A stretch of 64,000 bases of DNA from Candidatus Nomurabacteria bacterium (GCA_020632015.1 JACKGI010000003.1:1421-65420), one strand, 5' to 3'; shown: positions 26,905-37,447, counted from the stretch's first letter. Numbers and translations: made by a program. Notes: generated from the letters alone by a model not told the origin.

Positions 26905-27579
26905 TTAAATCATTCCTCCTTCAAGCAAGTCATCCAGCGACTTCTTTTTTGATTTAGTTTCCTTGGCTGGTGCTTCCTTCTTCTTGGTTACTTCCTTCTT
27001 TTCAGCTTCCAGAATCTTTGGTTTTTGAATTTTTGCTCCCGGCACTCTTTCTAAAGTAGTTGTAAAGCCTTTAGGGCTTTTCTTCATTGGATCAGCAATT
27101 TTATATTCGTAAGGGATGATTTTTAGGAATCTTTGTAGTCTTTCCTTGAGGAATCCGGCTTCCATGTATTTGTATCGTCCCCACAAAAACAAGTCCACTT
27201 TAACTCGGTGGCCTTCTTCCAACCACTCAGCGACTCGTTTCGCTTTTAGTTGCTGGTCGTGTTCGCCAGTTCCGATTTTTACCTGAACGCTTTTTGTTTC
27301 TGTGACATGTGCTTTTGCTTTTGCTTTGCTAGCTTTTCGTTTGGTATCGTATCGATATTGCCCGAAGTCCATTATTTTAGCTACTGGCGGTTTTGCTTTT
27401 GGAGAAATTTCAATCAAGTCAAGCTTAAATTTTTCAGCTTGTTTGAGAGCATCTGCAAGGGAGAGCGTACCAAGATTTTCTCCTTCAGGCCCAACAACTC
27501 TTAGTTCAGACGCACGAATCGCCTTGTTAATCTTTGTTCGAGTGTCTTTTCCTGAAAATCTTTGACGTGGTTTTTGCAA
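26905..27579 (-). CDS. infC: Translation initiation factor IF-3 with Lys-rich C-terminal tail
   Basis: INKAIRASELRVVGPEGENLG, PPVAKIMDFGQYRY. The ORF-track start codon is TTG (non-ATG). Confidence 0.92.
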   Translation of the reverse strand: MQKPRQRFSGKDTRTKINKAIRASELRVVGPEGENLGTLSLADALKQAEKFKLDLIEISPKAKPPVAKIMDFGQYRYDTKRKASKAKAKAHVTETKSVQVKIGTGEHDQQLKAKRVAEWLEEGHRVKVDLFLWGRYKYMEAGFLKERLQRFLKIIPYEYKIADPMKKSPKGFTTTLERVPGAKIQKPKILEAEKKEVTKKKEAPAKETKSKKKSLDDLLEGGMI

Positions 27580-27801
27580 ATTGAATGGGTTTATTTAATA
27601 AACTACGTGACCAACCTACTTATTTAATTTTGTGAAAGGGTAAATAAGTTAGCGACGTAACGTTGTATCAAAATGTACCACAAAACCCTTGTTTTGCAAT
27701 ACGTATTATTAAATCCCAGGCAAAGTCAGCTGTTTCGTTATTGACATAATCATATTTTCTGTCTACTACATATTTAAAGTAGGTGGTACAATCATGAGCA
27801 C

Positions 27802-28491
27802 ATGGAAAGTTCCTCAGAAGAAAAGAAGACACCTAGAAAATCAACCCGAACTCGTACTAGAGCAAGGCGAGGCTCTGTCAATGTGTCCGAAAAACCTGAG
27901 CGAAAGTCAGCACTTAAAAAACCGCTAGAGGTTGTAAAGCGAAAAGTTGCAGCCCCAAAACCAGAAGTGGTAACTCCTGATGGCGAGAGTATAAGAAAGG
28001 CACCAACTCCTTTTTCTTTTAATAGAAACCTGCTGTCTAAAAAAAGAAAGCGAACTATAGTCGCTAGTCTTGTTATGTTAGTTGGGGTAGGAGCATCAGC
28101 TGTAGTGGGCTTTACTGACAGCGGACAAATCGATGTGCAGAAAACTATTGAAGAAAGAAATGCTCGTATTCGCAAAAACAACCCAGATGAGCGAGATGTT
28201 CTAAATAGCACAGTCGAGGTTCCGGTCCAAAATACAAATAGCTCAGGTCAACCACCTAAGCCACTCAAAGGTCTGGGTATCGGTAGCGGAAATGCTCAAA
28301 CCCCTCCACCAGAGCCAGATGTTTCAACAAGCACAGCAAGCTCTACTGACCAAACCGCCACAAGTACAGAGGAAGTTATTGAAACTTCAGCTGATTCAGA
28401 AGTTGAAGATGTTGCTAGCGAAGAAACTAACGAATCAGAAACGACCCCAGAAGTACTAGAAGAAGAGACAAACGAAGCTCCGGCTACTTAG
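27802..28491 (+). CDS. Hypothetical single-pass membrane protein: Lys/Arg-rich N-terminus, one TM, Ser/Thr/Glu-rich C-terminus
   Basis: KKTPRKSTRTRTRARRGS...KKPLEVVKRKVAAPKPE, then TM IVASLVMLVGVGASAVVGF. Confidence 0.55.
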   Translation: MESSSEEKKTPRKSTRTRTRARRGSVNVSEKPERKSALKKPLEVVKRKVAAPKPEVVTPDGESIRKAPTPFSFNRNLLSKKRKRTIVASLVMLVGVGASAVVGFTDSGQIDVQKTIEERNARIRKNNPDERDVLNSTVEVPVQNTNSSGQPPKPLKGLGIGSGNAQTPPPEPDVSTSTASSTDQTATSTEEVIETSADSEVEDVASEETNESETTPEVLEEETNEAPAT

Positions 28492-28879
28492 TACACTTTT
28501 CGCACTTACAACCAAGAGGCTTAATCATATCATCGAAGTAGGTCTTGCCATAGTTATATGTAAGCTCTTCTCCAAGGGCGATTTTTCTTTTGGCGTAGAT
28601 AAATACCTGCTTTTCATCTTCGCTAAGTTCGGGGTAACAGTTTGGTTTACAGCTATGGTTTATGTACCGCGCTAGGTTGTCACGTCCCTTCCCGTCAATT
28701 GTCCAATCGTCATTAAGTTCAAATAGATACTTACCACCTCGACGATTTGCTTCTGCTTCTGAAATTATCTCGCCAGTATATTCAATAACCAGGTCACCTT
28801 TTTTGAAAGACGTATTTGCGAATAAGCCAAGACCAGCTGAGCTTTTTCTAACTTTTACTTTTTCCGTTGGTAAATTCAT
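28484..28879 (-). CDS. SET-domain protein-lysine methyltransferase
   Basis: NHSCKPNC, ELTYNYG, post-SET CKCEKC. Confidence 0.85.
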   Translation of the reverse strand: MNLPTEKVKVRKSSAGLGLFANTSFKKGDLVIEYTGEIISEAEANRRGGKYLFELNDDWTIDGKGRDNLARYINHSCKPNCYPELSEDEKQVFIYAKRKIALGEELTYNYGKTYFDDMIKPLGCKCEKCTK

Positions 28880-28956
28880 GCGCGCTAGTATATCAGATAT
28901 AGCGAGTACACAGTGGGGAAAAACTAATTTAGAAAAACCTGATAGAATAATATGTA

Positions 28957-31311
28957 ATGAGTGATGTTCTTAAGAAGTTCGTTAGAGCTGCGGATTATTT
29001 GTCAGCCGCCCAAATATATTTACAAGATAATGTTTTATTAACAGAGCCTTTAACTGCTGACCATATCAAGCCTCGCTTGCTAGGTCACTGGGGTACGTGC
29101 CCAGGGATTAATTTCACCTACGCACATCTCAATCGAGCAATTATTGCGCACGACGTCGAAATGATGTTCGTTCTTGGTCCAGGGCACGGTTTTCCTGCTG
29201 TTCAAGCAAACTTATTTCTTGAAGGAACACTTTCTAAATATTTTCCAAAAGTTACCCACAATACTCCGGGTATAGCACATATGGCTCGCCAGTTTAGCTG
29301 GCCTTATGGAAGCCCTAGTCACAGTAATCCCGAAGCGCCAGGCGTAATCCTAGAAGGGGGTGAGCTTGGTTACGCTCTTTCTACTTCTTACGGAGCAATT
29401 TTGGACAACCCAAATCTAGTTGTCGCTTGCTTGGTTGGTGATGGTGAGGCAGAAACTGGCCCAACAGCCACTGCTTGGCATCTTAACAAGCTTATCGATC
29501 CGGCTACGAACGGGGCGGTGCTACCAATACTTCATCTTAACGGGTACAAAATCTCTGGTCCAACTTTCTTCGGACGAATGAGTGATGACGAGTTACGTTC
29601 TCTTTTTTACGGTTACGGTTATGAACCTCATTTTGTAGATGCATACACAGAAGAAGATGTTCACGCCAAAATGATGGAGGTGATGGATACTGCTATCGAG
29701 GCAATTCGCTTTACCCAACACTGTGCACGAGAGGGAACTCTTCATGAGACCCCTCGTTTCCCGATGATTGTTCTTCGTACTCCAAAAGGTTGGAACAGTA
29801 TTGATTATATTGGTGACAAAAAGATTGAAGATAATCACTACTCTCACCAAGTTATTGCTGATGGCGCGAAGAAAGATCCAGCCCAGCTGGCTCAGCTAGA
29901 AGAATGGTTGCGCTCGTATAACTTCAACGAATTATTTGATGGAGAGAAATTTGATGATGACATCCAAAGTCTAATTCCACGTGAAGGTAGAAAAATGGGA
30001 GATACACCTCATGCTAGAGGAGGGGACCCAACCTACAAACCTCTCGAACTTCCGAACGTTGAAGATTACGATTTAGAAAATACCTGTAATCTAGATGATC
30101 CAATCTGCGGTACAGAAAGCGGAATGGAAAAGGTCGGCAAGTACTTGCGAGACGCAATGAAGGCAAACGAAGCCAACCGCAATCTCCGCTTAATGTCACC
30201 TGACGAGACTTACTCAAACAAGCTAGATGCGACTTTCGAAGTGACGAACCGTGCCTTCGTTTGGCCACACAAAGAATGGGACAGAAACTTAGCTTGGGAC
30301 GGAAGAGTTTTGGAAATGTTATCAGAACACAGTCTTCAAGGAATGTTACAAGGTTACGTACTTACAGGACGGCACGGAGTATTTGCTTCGTATGAAGCCT
30401 TTGTTCAAATTGTTGCCAGTATGGCAGACCAATATGCGAAGTTCCTCAAGATTGCTCGTGATGTAAAATGGCGAGGTGATTTCCCTTCATTCAATTACAT
30501 CTTAACTTCAGGTGCATGGCGCCAAGAACACAACGGCTTCTCTCACCAAAACCCAGGCTTCATTGACGGTATTTTACAAAGGCAGGGTTGCTACACTAAT
30601 GTGTATTTCCCAGCAGACGCCAATACCGCACTTGTGGCGTTCGATAGAATGATGGGCTCAAAGAAAGAAATCAATGTATTGGTTTGCTCAAAGCGACCTT
30701 TACCTGTTTGGCGAACTATTGATGAAGCTAAGAAAGATGTCATGGATGGAGTTTCGATTTGGGACTTTGCAAGTGATGTAGACCCACACATCGTTTTCAG
30801 TGCCGCAGGAGACTATCCAACTCTAGAGGCGCTTGCTGCAATGAGTTTGGTAAGAAAGCATGTTCCTTCAATGCGCATGCGTTTTGTAAACATCACATCT
30901 TTATCTGCTCTTGGAATTGGAAATTCTCAGTGTCGGGTACTTCGTCATGATTTCAAGTACTACTTCACAGAGGACAAACCTGTAATTATAAACTTCCACG
31001 GATACCCTCAAACAATAAAGCAAATCCTCTTTGATTACGCACAACATCCAGAACGATTTACAATTCATGGTTATGAGGAAAGTGGTTCTACTACAACACC
31101 GTTCGACATGATGGTTCGTAACCGAGTCGACCGATTCCATCTAGCTATGGATGCGTTTGCTCAAGCTGCAGAGCATGGTCTTATTACTCAAAAGGAAGCT
31201 CACGACCTGATTGCTGACTTCCAAGAAGAACTAGAAAAGAACAGAGAATATGCAATTGAACACGGGGAAGACAGGGAAGAGATTACTAACTGGGTATGGG
31301 AAAAACGTTAG
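28957..31311 (+). CDS. xfp: Xylulose-5-phosphate/fructose-6-phosphate phosphoketolase
   Basis: 784 aa with the typical N-terminus (YLSAAQIYLQDNVLL...RLLGHWGTCPG) and the ThDP motif GDGEAETG. Confidence 0.93.
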   Translation: MSDVLKKFVRAADYLSAAQIYLQDNVLLTEPLTADHIKPRLLGHWGTCPGINFTYAHLNRAIIAHDVEMMFVLGPGHGFPAVQANLFLEGTLSKYFPKVTHNTPGIAHMARQFSWPYGSPSHSNPEAPGVILEGGELGYALSTSYGAILDNPNLVVACLVGDGEAETGPTATAWHLNKLIDPATNGAVLPILHLNGYKISGPTFFGRMSDDELRSLFYGYGYEPHFVDAYTEEDVHAKMMEVMDTAIEAIRFTQHCAREGTLHETPRFPMIVLRTPKGWNSIDYIGDKKIEDNHYSHQVIADGAKKDPAQLAQLEEWLRSYNFNELFDGEKFDDDIQSLIPREGRKMGDTPHARGGDPTYKPLELPNVEDYDLENTCNLDDPICGTESGMEKVGKYLRDAMKANEANRNLRLMSPDETYSNKLDATFEVTNRAFVWPHKEWDRNLAWDGRVLEMLSEHSLQGMLQGYVLTGRHGVFASYEAFVQIVASMADQYAKFLKIARDVKWRGDFPSFNYILTSGAWRQEHNGFSHQNPGFIDGILQRQGCYTNVYFPADANTALVAFDRMMGSKKEINVLVCSKRPLPVWRTIDEAKKDVMDGVSIWDFASDVDPHIVFSAAGDYPTLEALAAMSLVRKHVPSMRMRFVNITSLSALGIGNSQCRVLRHDFKYYFTEDKPVIINFHGYPQTIKQILFDYAQHPERFTIHGYEESGSTTTPFDMMVRNRVDRFHLAMDAFAQAAEHGLITQKEAHDLIADFQEELEKNREYAIEHGEDREEITNWVWEKR

Positions 31312-32486
31312 TTGTAAATCCGGGTAGTTCTTCAAGAAAATACGCTCTTTATTGCGATGGTAAACAAGTCTTAGAAACTAGATTTGAAGATTTGAAATCA
31401 GGTTTTGAAATGTGTTCCCATTTAGCGGGTACACAGCAAGTTTGTGAATCAATTTCCGAAACTGATTTTTCGGACTCATTTGCAAAAGTGTATGACGATG
31501 TCGACAAGTATCTTTTTCGTGCTGGCTTAGGTAAGTTAGACTCCGTCGTCATAAGGGTGGTGGCGCCGGGGACTTACTTCCAAAAAAACTCTGTTATAGA
31601 CGAAAAGTATCTAAACAAATTAAAAGAGTGTGAGCTTGTTGCGCCACTTCATGTTCCGACTATTTTGCGAGAGATTCAAAGTGCCAAAAAACATATTAAA
31701 GACGTACAAATGATTGCTGCGTCTGACAGTGCTTTTCATAGCCAAATGCCAGTCTACGCAAGACAATATAGTATTAACTCAGAGGATTCTGAAGACTTCG
31801 ATATACATCGCTTTGGCTATCATGGTTTGTCAGTGGCTTCGGTAGTGCGAAGAATTCATTCAGTAATTGGTATCGATCCAGAGAGAATGATTGTCTGCCA
31901 TATTGGAAGTGGTACTAGTGTTACTGCAGTTAAGAACGGTAAAAGCGTTGAAACTTCTATGGGTTTTTCACCTACTTCTGGTTTGCCAATGAGTAGTAGA
32001 GCTGGCGACTTAGATGCTGCCGCACTTCTAGAGTTAATGCGTCTGAAGCACTGGCGACCTCGTGATGCTGAGGTTTATATAAATACAAATGGAGGATTAG
32101 CTGGGCTTTCTGGGGAATCAGATATTCGTAGATTGCTGGACCGAAGAGTGCAGAAGGACAAAAAAGCAGTTTTGGCTCTAGACAAGTTCTCTTACAGTAT
32201 TCAAAAAGAAATCGCTGCCCAAACAGTATCGCTTGGCGGTGTAGATGCGCTGGTGCTTACTGCAACAGCAGCGGTGCGAAGTAATGAACTACGTTCGCTT
32301 GTCATGTCTCGCTTGGGTCACTTAGGAATGCAAATAAGTGAAGATAGAAACAGTGCACTTGTCGGTAAAGACGGAGTAATAAGCGTACGAAATAGTCCGG
32401 TGAAAGTAGTGGTAATGAGAACAGACGAAATGGGGGAGATGGCTCAGGTTGCAACGCAATTCAGTCAAAAGCTGGGTAAAGGATAG
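31296..32486 (+). CDS. ackA: Acetate kinase
   Basis: LVVNPGSSSRKYALY, HRFGYHGLS, CHIGSGTSV. Overlaps xfp by 16 nt. Confidence 0.93.
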   Translation: MGKTLVVNPGSSSRKYALYCDGKQVLETRFEDLKSGFEMCSHLAGTQQVCESISETDFSDSFAKVYDDVDKYLFRAGLGKLDSVVIRVVAPGTYFQKNSVIDEKYLNKLKECELVAPLHVPTILREIQSAKKHIKDVQMIAASDSAFHSQMPVYARQYSINSEDSEDFDIHRFGYHGLSVASVVRRIHSVIGIDPERMIVCHIGSGTSVTAVKNGKSVETSMGFSPTSGLPMSSRAGDLDAAALLELMRLKHWRPRDAEVYINTNGGLAGLSGESDIRRLLDRRVQKDKKAVLALDKFSYSIQKEIAAQTVSLGGVDALVLTATAAVRSNELRSLVMSRLGHLGMQISEDRNSALVGKDGVISVRNSPVKVVVMRTDEMGEMAQVATQFSQKLGKG

Positions 32487-32528
32487 TTAGCTCTTATGAG
32501 CTTGGTACAATAAAGGAAGTTCTAAATT

Positions 32529-33857
32529 ATGAATTCTTGGTTCAGTCAAAACAAAAAACCACTCATCCAATCCCTTGGTGTTTTTTTGTTGATGTTTGGA
32601 GCAGTTATTCTGATAACTATTTACTACGACTTTTCTCAAATTGATGTCGGGGCGCTGTTGTTTCTAACTGCCTTCTTGTGTTGTGTCTTTGTGGCTAAGA
32701 ACACTTTCGATATGTCTCAAGCAAATGACATGTCTGAAGAATTAAAGAAAAGCGTAGCTGTTGATTTGGCGGTGTCATCAGATGAGCTTTATGTACAGCT
32801 GTACAAAAATAGTCCAGTACCTTATTTAATTATTGATTTTGAGGGACATGTTAAGTCTGCCAATATTGCGGCGGTTAGAATGTTGGGTGAGAAACAAACA
32901 TCAGTTAACGGTTTGAATATATTCAGTAGACTACGTTGTGACGAACTTGAGCATCTAGATTTCTTAGTAGAGAAATATCGTAGCGGTTTGGCTGTGAGCG
33001 ATGAAATGGTGCGGGTTGAGAAAGTTGGCCATGGAGACGCTTGGGCCTTGTTATCTCTTTTTGCCTTTACTGACTTTGCTGGTGAAAGAATCGGTCTTCT
33101 TACTCTGGTTGATATAACAAAGCAAAAGAAAGCAGAGGACGCCAAATCAGAATTCGTCTCTTTGGCTTCCCATCAACTTCGGACTCCGATTGCTGGCATG
33201 AAGTGGAGTGCTGAATTATTGCTTATGGACAATCCTAATTCTCTCAACGCTAGACAGCTCAAATATATTGACCGTTTACTCATAAGTATCAAACGCATGG
33301 CTGTCTTGGTGGATGATTTTCTTCGAGTCTCTCGCTTTGAATTGGGAACCTTCCAAGCCGAGTATAAAAAATTCAATTTAACTGAGTTGTTTAAGGATGT
33401 GATGGAGGAGCAGTCTTCAAGGGTACAACAAAAGAAGCTCACCGTGAAAACTTTCTTTGATGAATCGGTTAGTGAAATCGTTAGTGATCAAAACCTAGTT
33501 AGAATGATTGTGACAAATCTTTATTCAAATGCGGCCAAGTATACGCGTGAAGAGGGAACTATCCATCTTGGATTTGCTCGCAAGGATGACAACGTAGTTA
33601 TAACAGTAGCCGACAATGGTATGGGTATTCCAGTAGGGGATCAGGATGAAATTTTCTCTAAGTTGTTTAGGGCATCAAACGCAGTAAGAAATGTTCCAGA
33701 TGGAACAGGCTTAGGCTTATATATTTTAAGGGAAGCAGTGTCAGTCCTTCGTGGTAATGTAACTTTCACTACTACTGAAAACGTCGGTACAACCTTCGAG
33801 GTTGTTTTGCCACTTGAGGCTTCTGACCTTAAGGACGAAGCTAGTCCTGAAGTATAG
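32529..33857 (+). CDS. Sensor histidine kinase (2 TM, PAS-like, HisKA, HATPase_c)
   Basis: H-box FVSLASHQLRTPI. N/G boxes NAAKYT, DNGMGIP, GTGLGL. Confidence 0.9.
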   Translation: MNSWFSQNKKPLIQSLGVFLLMFGAVILITIYYDFSQIDVGALLFLTAFLCCVFVAKNTFDMSQANDMSEELKKSVAVDLAVSSDELYVQLYKNSPVPYLIIDFEGHVKSANIAAVRMLGEKQTSVNGLNIFSRLRCDELEHLDFLVEKYRSGLAVSDEMVRVEKVGHGDAWALLSLFAFTDFAGERIGLLTLVDITKQKKAEDAKSEFVSLASHQLRTPIAGMKWSAELLLMDNPNSLNARQLKYIDRLLISIKRMAVLVDDFLRVSRFELGTFQAEYKKFNLTELFKDVMEEQSSRVQQKKLTVKTFFDESVSEIVSDQNLVRMIVTNLYSNAAKYTREEGTIHLGFARKDDNVVITVADNGMGIPVGDQDEIFSKLFRASNAVRNVPDGTGLGLYILREAVSVLRGNVTFTTTENVGTTFEVVLPLEASDLKDEASPEV

Positions 33858-34236
33858 AATCGATTTTTTCCATCAAGTCCATCACACTCCATTCTGGCTT
33901 GAACAAAATGTATTCCTTGGGTAGGTCTATATTTTTTGAGATGTTACCAATTGATTCAGAAGCAGTAAGAATCATCACTTTTGCTTTGTTGCCCCAGTCT
34001 GACTCACGGATTCTTCGGTACACTTCATAGCCGTCTATGTCTGGTAGACGAATATCTAGTAATATCAGGTCTGGATGTCTGTCCAAGGCCAGCTCAACAC
34101 CTTCTCGACCGTTCGGAGCAAGGATGGGTTCGTAACCTTTTATGTTAAGCATATCAGCCAATGATTCAGCTAAGTATGGTGAATCTTCTACAACAAGAAC
34201 GCTTTTGGTTGGCATAGTATCTATAGTGTACCGCAT
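33841..34236 (-). CDS. Single-domain response regulator (receiver only)
   Basis: VLVVEDSPY...LILLDIRLPDIDG...ILTA. Convergent 17-nt overlap with the kinase gene. Confidence 0.88.
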   Translation of the reverse strand: MRYTIDTMPTKSVLVVEDSPYLAESLADMLNIKGYEPILAPNGREGVELALDRHPDLILLDIRLPDIDGYEVYRRIRESDWGNKAKVMILTASESIGNISKNIDLPKEYILFKPEWSVMDLMEKIDSILQD

Positions 34237-34344
34237 TTTCTCTCGTCTGTACTTTAAGGTTGGGGCTTATTGACATCTTCCAAGATTGGAAGTGGTTTTA
34301 TTTACATAGTAAGAAAACGTGAGACAATACGTCAAAACATATAT

Positions 34345-34962
34345 ATGAAAAGAATACTGATTTTTGTTGTGCTCACTTTGACGATACTCGTTGGTTTTAT
34401 GCTGTATACACAAGTAGTTAAGCCTACTCTGGATAATAGAACGGTGGCCACCGTTGTGCCTATGAAAATAGAAGCAACTGACTTAAAGTTTGAGTTCACT
34501 TATCCGAGCGGTGAATCAGCCTATACTCTAATTGAGCCTCCGGTTCCACCAGAGACTTCAGACGGGTTAGCAAAAATATACATAATGATGAAAAATGAAG
34601 ATTACCAAGCTTTTTCATCAGAGTCAGACTTAAAGGAGACGCCTCCAACAGTTACGGTGTTCGTACTTAAAGAAATAAAAGATCCAAATAACCTAGATGA
34701 AGATAGACAATCTCGGTTAATGAAATGGGCAGAAAGTAATCCGCAATATACTTCGTATTCACTAAGAAACAGCGAACCTGAAGAGGTCAGTATCGACGGA
34801 GTGAAAGCGTTGCACTACATATCTTCAGGAAACTACGAAAGTGAAGTCTACCTAGTCAGCAATAGGGGAAATATTTATGTGTTTGTTGGTCAGTACACGG
34901 AAGAGTCTGATGGTGGTTTGGTCATGCTAAAAGACCTGATTAACACAGTATCCTTCTACTAA
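34345..34962 (+). CDS. Hypothetical secreted/anchored protein
   Basis: ATG at 34345 gives MKRILIFVVLTLTILVGFMLY, a signal/anchor sequence. Confidence 0.55.
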   Translation: MKRILIFVVLTLTILVGFMLYTQVVKPTLDNRTVATVVPMKIEATDLKFEFTYPSGESAYTLIEPPVPPETSDGLAKIYIMMKNEDYQAFSSESDLKETPPTVTVFVLKEIKDPNNLDEDRQSRLMKWAESNPQYTSYSLRNSEPEEVSIDGVKALHYISSGNYESEVYLVSNRGNIYVFVGQYTEESDGGLVMLKDLINTVSFY

Positions 34963-35065
34963 AGAGGAAGGACATATATTGACAGAATACAAATATAATG
35001 TTATCGTTTGAAAACGTCTCGGGGACGTTAGTTCATTAAATAAAACTTACATAAGGAGTAGGCTC

Positions 35066-35446
35066 ATGGTCTATGACAGAGTGAGAACCCATCTTGGTTT
35101 CAAGTTTTTGGCTGCCTTGGCAGTATTGGTAGCAGTGGTCTTTGTACCGCTGAAGGAGCACTTCAGCCCGTCAGAGCTCGTGGTGGCAAACAAGCGTTCT
35201 GTTGCCGACGGGTTTAAATACATTGATGCGGGGAATGGTGCAGAGACTGTCATCATGGAAGCTATTCAAGGAGGGACAAGTTTCGATGGCGAACCTCGAA
35301 ACTCGTATCGAGTCCAGGAGGGGGATACATTTTATTCCGTCTCCCAAAAATTCGGGGTTAGCCCCGTGAAGTTGAAGACTCACAACAGACTCACAACCTA
35401 TAGTCTTAGTGTTGGCCAGGTGTTGTACATACCTGACGACAACTAG
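35066..35446 (+). CDS. LysM domain protein with N-terminal membrane anchor
   Basis: YRVQEGDTFYSVSQKFGVSPVKLKTHNRL...GQVLYIP. Confidence 0.85.
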   Translation: MVYDRVRTHLGFKFLAALAVLVAVVFVPLKEHFSPSELVVANKRSVADGFKYIDAGNGAETVIMEAIQGGTSFDGEPRNSYRVQEGDTFYSVSQKFGVSPVKLKTHNRLTTYSLSVGQVLYIPDDN

Positions 35447-35824
35447 ACTGCACTTCTTAGTCTTTACAGCCTCAAGCATTTACTTGCTTGGGGCTTTTCA
35501 TATATGAAAAAACCACCCTTGGGTAGGGTGGCGAAAGAGGGGTGAGGTCCCTAGCTGTAGAAGCTTCGGTCTTTTCTGGTTCTGAAGTCTTCCAGAGCAG
35601 CTAGAATACCTTGGACTGCAATGTAAAAAGTTACACTGACGACTTCACGTAGAACCGATTTGTTCTCTGAATCTTCAATCATATTCTGCCTACTTTTTAG
35701 TATTGTGGGTGAACGAATCTCAGGCACGATAGTGCAAGAGGATAGTATAAAAACATTAATAAGCAAACTAGTCAATAAAAAAATAGCTACTCCTGTGAGT
35801 AGCTATTTTCTATAGGACTGATGT

Positions 35825-36607
35825 CTACAAACCGAAACTCTTCAGTTGTGTAAGAAGCTTAATTAGCATGGTTAATTGCTCAATTTGCTTCAAAAGTTCA
35901 GCTCGTAGTTCATCTTCATCTTCATCTTCTGCTTCCGTTTCCTCTTCCTCCTCGTCTACTTCTTCAGTATTCTCCTCATCCTCACTCTCATCATTGTCTA
36001 GGTAATCTTCAATATCAATTTTAAGTTCCTTGAAAACATTTTCACCTAGTTCAATAGCGTTGTTTGCAGTGTTTTCGGCACTAGGATATTCATTATCATC
36101 AAACTCATCTTCTGCTTGGTCATACAAATCTTCAGCAGCGTCTAGTATTTCCTCGGCGTCATCGTAGTTCCGGTCGTCCCTATCTGTATCATCCAGAGCT
36201 TCGTCAGCAGCGTCAAGAATATCTCTAGCTAGCTCGATAGCAAACTTTGCGTCTGCTGACATTTCTTCATCTAGGTCGTCAATTGCTTCTTCGAGTATGT
36301 CGAAGGCTTCCTCAGCGATTTCTAAGGCGTCATCCCAGTCTTCGTCTGCATCTTGTTCTTCGGCATCCTCTAGTAAGTCCTCAGCATCTTCTAGTGCATC
36401 CTCGGCATAAGAGGTGAAGACATCTTCTTCTTTCGCTTCTTTTATTAGGTTGATTAAGTCAGAACGTAATTCCTTTACGTCACGAATCATGTCGTTTGCT
36501 TCGTTTTCAAATTCTTCACTCCCAGCAAAAACAGTTGGAGCAATAAACATTGTTAACATCAGTACGAGTGATGCCGAAAATAAATTAAAACTTAGTTTTT
36601 TTGTCAT
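35825..36607 (-). CDS. Secreted hyper-acidic helical repeat protein (paralogous to the acidic region of 6867-8315)
   Basis: Signal peptide ending TVFA/GS. Shares motifs with the other protein (AEDLLEDAE, DEDWDDALEIAEEAFDILEEAIDD). Confidence 0.7.
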   Translation of the reverse strand: MTKKLSFNLFSASLVLMLTMFIAPTVFAGSEEFENEANDMIRDVKELRSDLINLIKEAKEEDVFTSYAEDALEDAEDLLEDAEEQDADEDWDDALEIAEEAFDILEEAIDDLDEEMSADAKFAIELARDILDAADEALDDTDRDDRNYDDAEEILDAAEDLYDQAEDEFDDNEYPSAENTANNAIELGENVFKELKIDIEDYLDNDESEDEENTEEVDEEEEETEAEDEDEDELRAELLKQIEQLTMLIKLLTQLKSFGL

Positions 36608-36745
36608 ACAATCAATAATTATTTAATTTTGTTTTTTCATACTACATTATTTATCATATTTGAGTAGTAAGGATTCAACACAGAGAAGAATAATAAAAGC
36701 TTAGGCCGAAGTCTCAAGAGACTTCGGCCTATACGTTGTACCCAA

Positions 36746-37447
36746 TCATACTGGGTAAATAATCACCAGAGAGCTGTATATGGTAACGCCAATCGAAAGG
36801 ATGAAATGTCCTGACTCAGGCGCTTCCCAAAACTTTGGAATCCACTTGATCTCGTAGCGGTAAATGATTAGCTTGCCAATAAAGCAGGCAATTACAACCA
36901 GAAGCCAAAATCCAGTTGCACTAAACAAGCTTGCGCCAATTATTGGAAACCCGAAGGTTACCAATAAGAAGGCACTTACAGCTCCGAGCCAGAAGAATAT
37001 CCAAGCTCCTCTTTTCCAGTCCGATTCCTGCTCACGGCACTTGTATAAACCAATCAAGGTTAGACAAACGAAGAAAGCAGGGATTGCTAACGGTTTCTGG
37101 TAAAGAAACGGTAATGATGTCGATAGTACGTATGCACTTATCATTATTTGGTCGACGATTCGCAAAGCGCTGTTTGGTCGCCATGCGTGATACGCCGCAC
37201 TACTGAGGTACAAACCAACTGCTGTTGCGAAGTATATTGTTTGACCAGTGGTTTTTTGAGATAGTCCGAGATACATGAAACCGAGCAGAACCACATATGG
37301 TAGATGAAAAAATACCACAAATGGATGTCTGAACAGTAACTTCTCGGGGCGGGGGTTGTCCTCGTGATGAACGAGGAATTTGCTGAAGGGCACAGCTATC
37401 GATGTATTTCTTTGTGAAGAACTCATCGTCTTTCTCCTCTCTATCAT
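36746..37447 (-). CDS. Multi-pass membrane protein, possibly hemolysin-III/PAQR-like
   Basis: About seven hydrophobic segments. SAAYHAWRP...RIVDQIMISAY and ESGHFILSIG weakly resemble PAQR motifs. Confidence 0.4.
   Translation of the reverse strand: MIERRKTMSSSQRNTSIAVPFSKFLVHHEDNPRPEKLLFRHPFVVFFHLPYVVLLGFMYLGLSQKTTGQTIYFATAVGLYLSSAAYHAWRPNSALRIVDQIMISAYVLSTSLPFLYQKPLAIPAFFVCLTLIGLYKCREQESDWKRGAWIFFWLGAVSAFLLVTFGFPIIGASLFSATGFWLLVVIACFIGKLIIYRYEIKWIPKFWEAPESGHFILSIGVTIYSSLVIIYPV

Noticed and set aside
35551-35775. 74-aa ORF on the minus strand
   Set aside because: It has a TTG start with no RBS, sits between terminators, and has no recognisable features. Evidence is insufficient.
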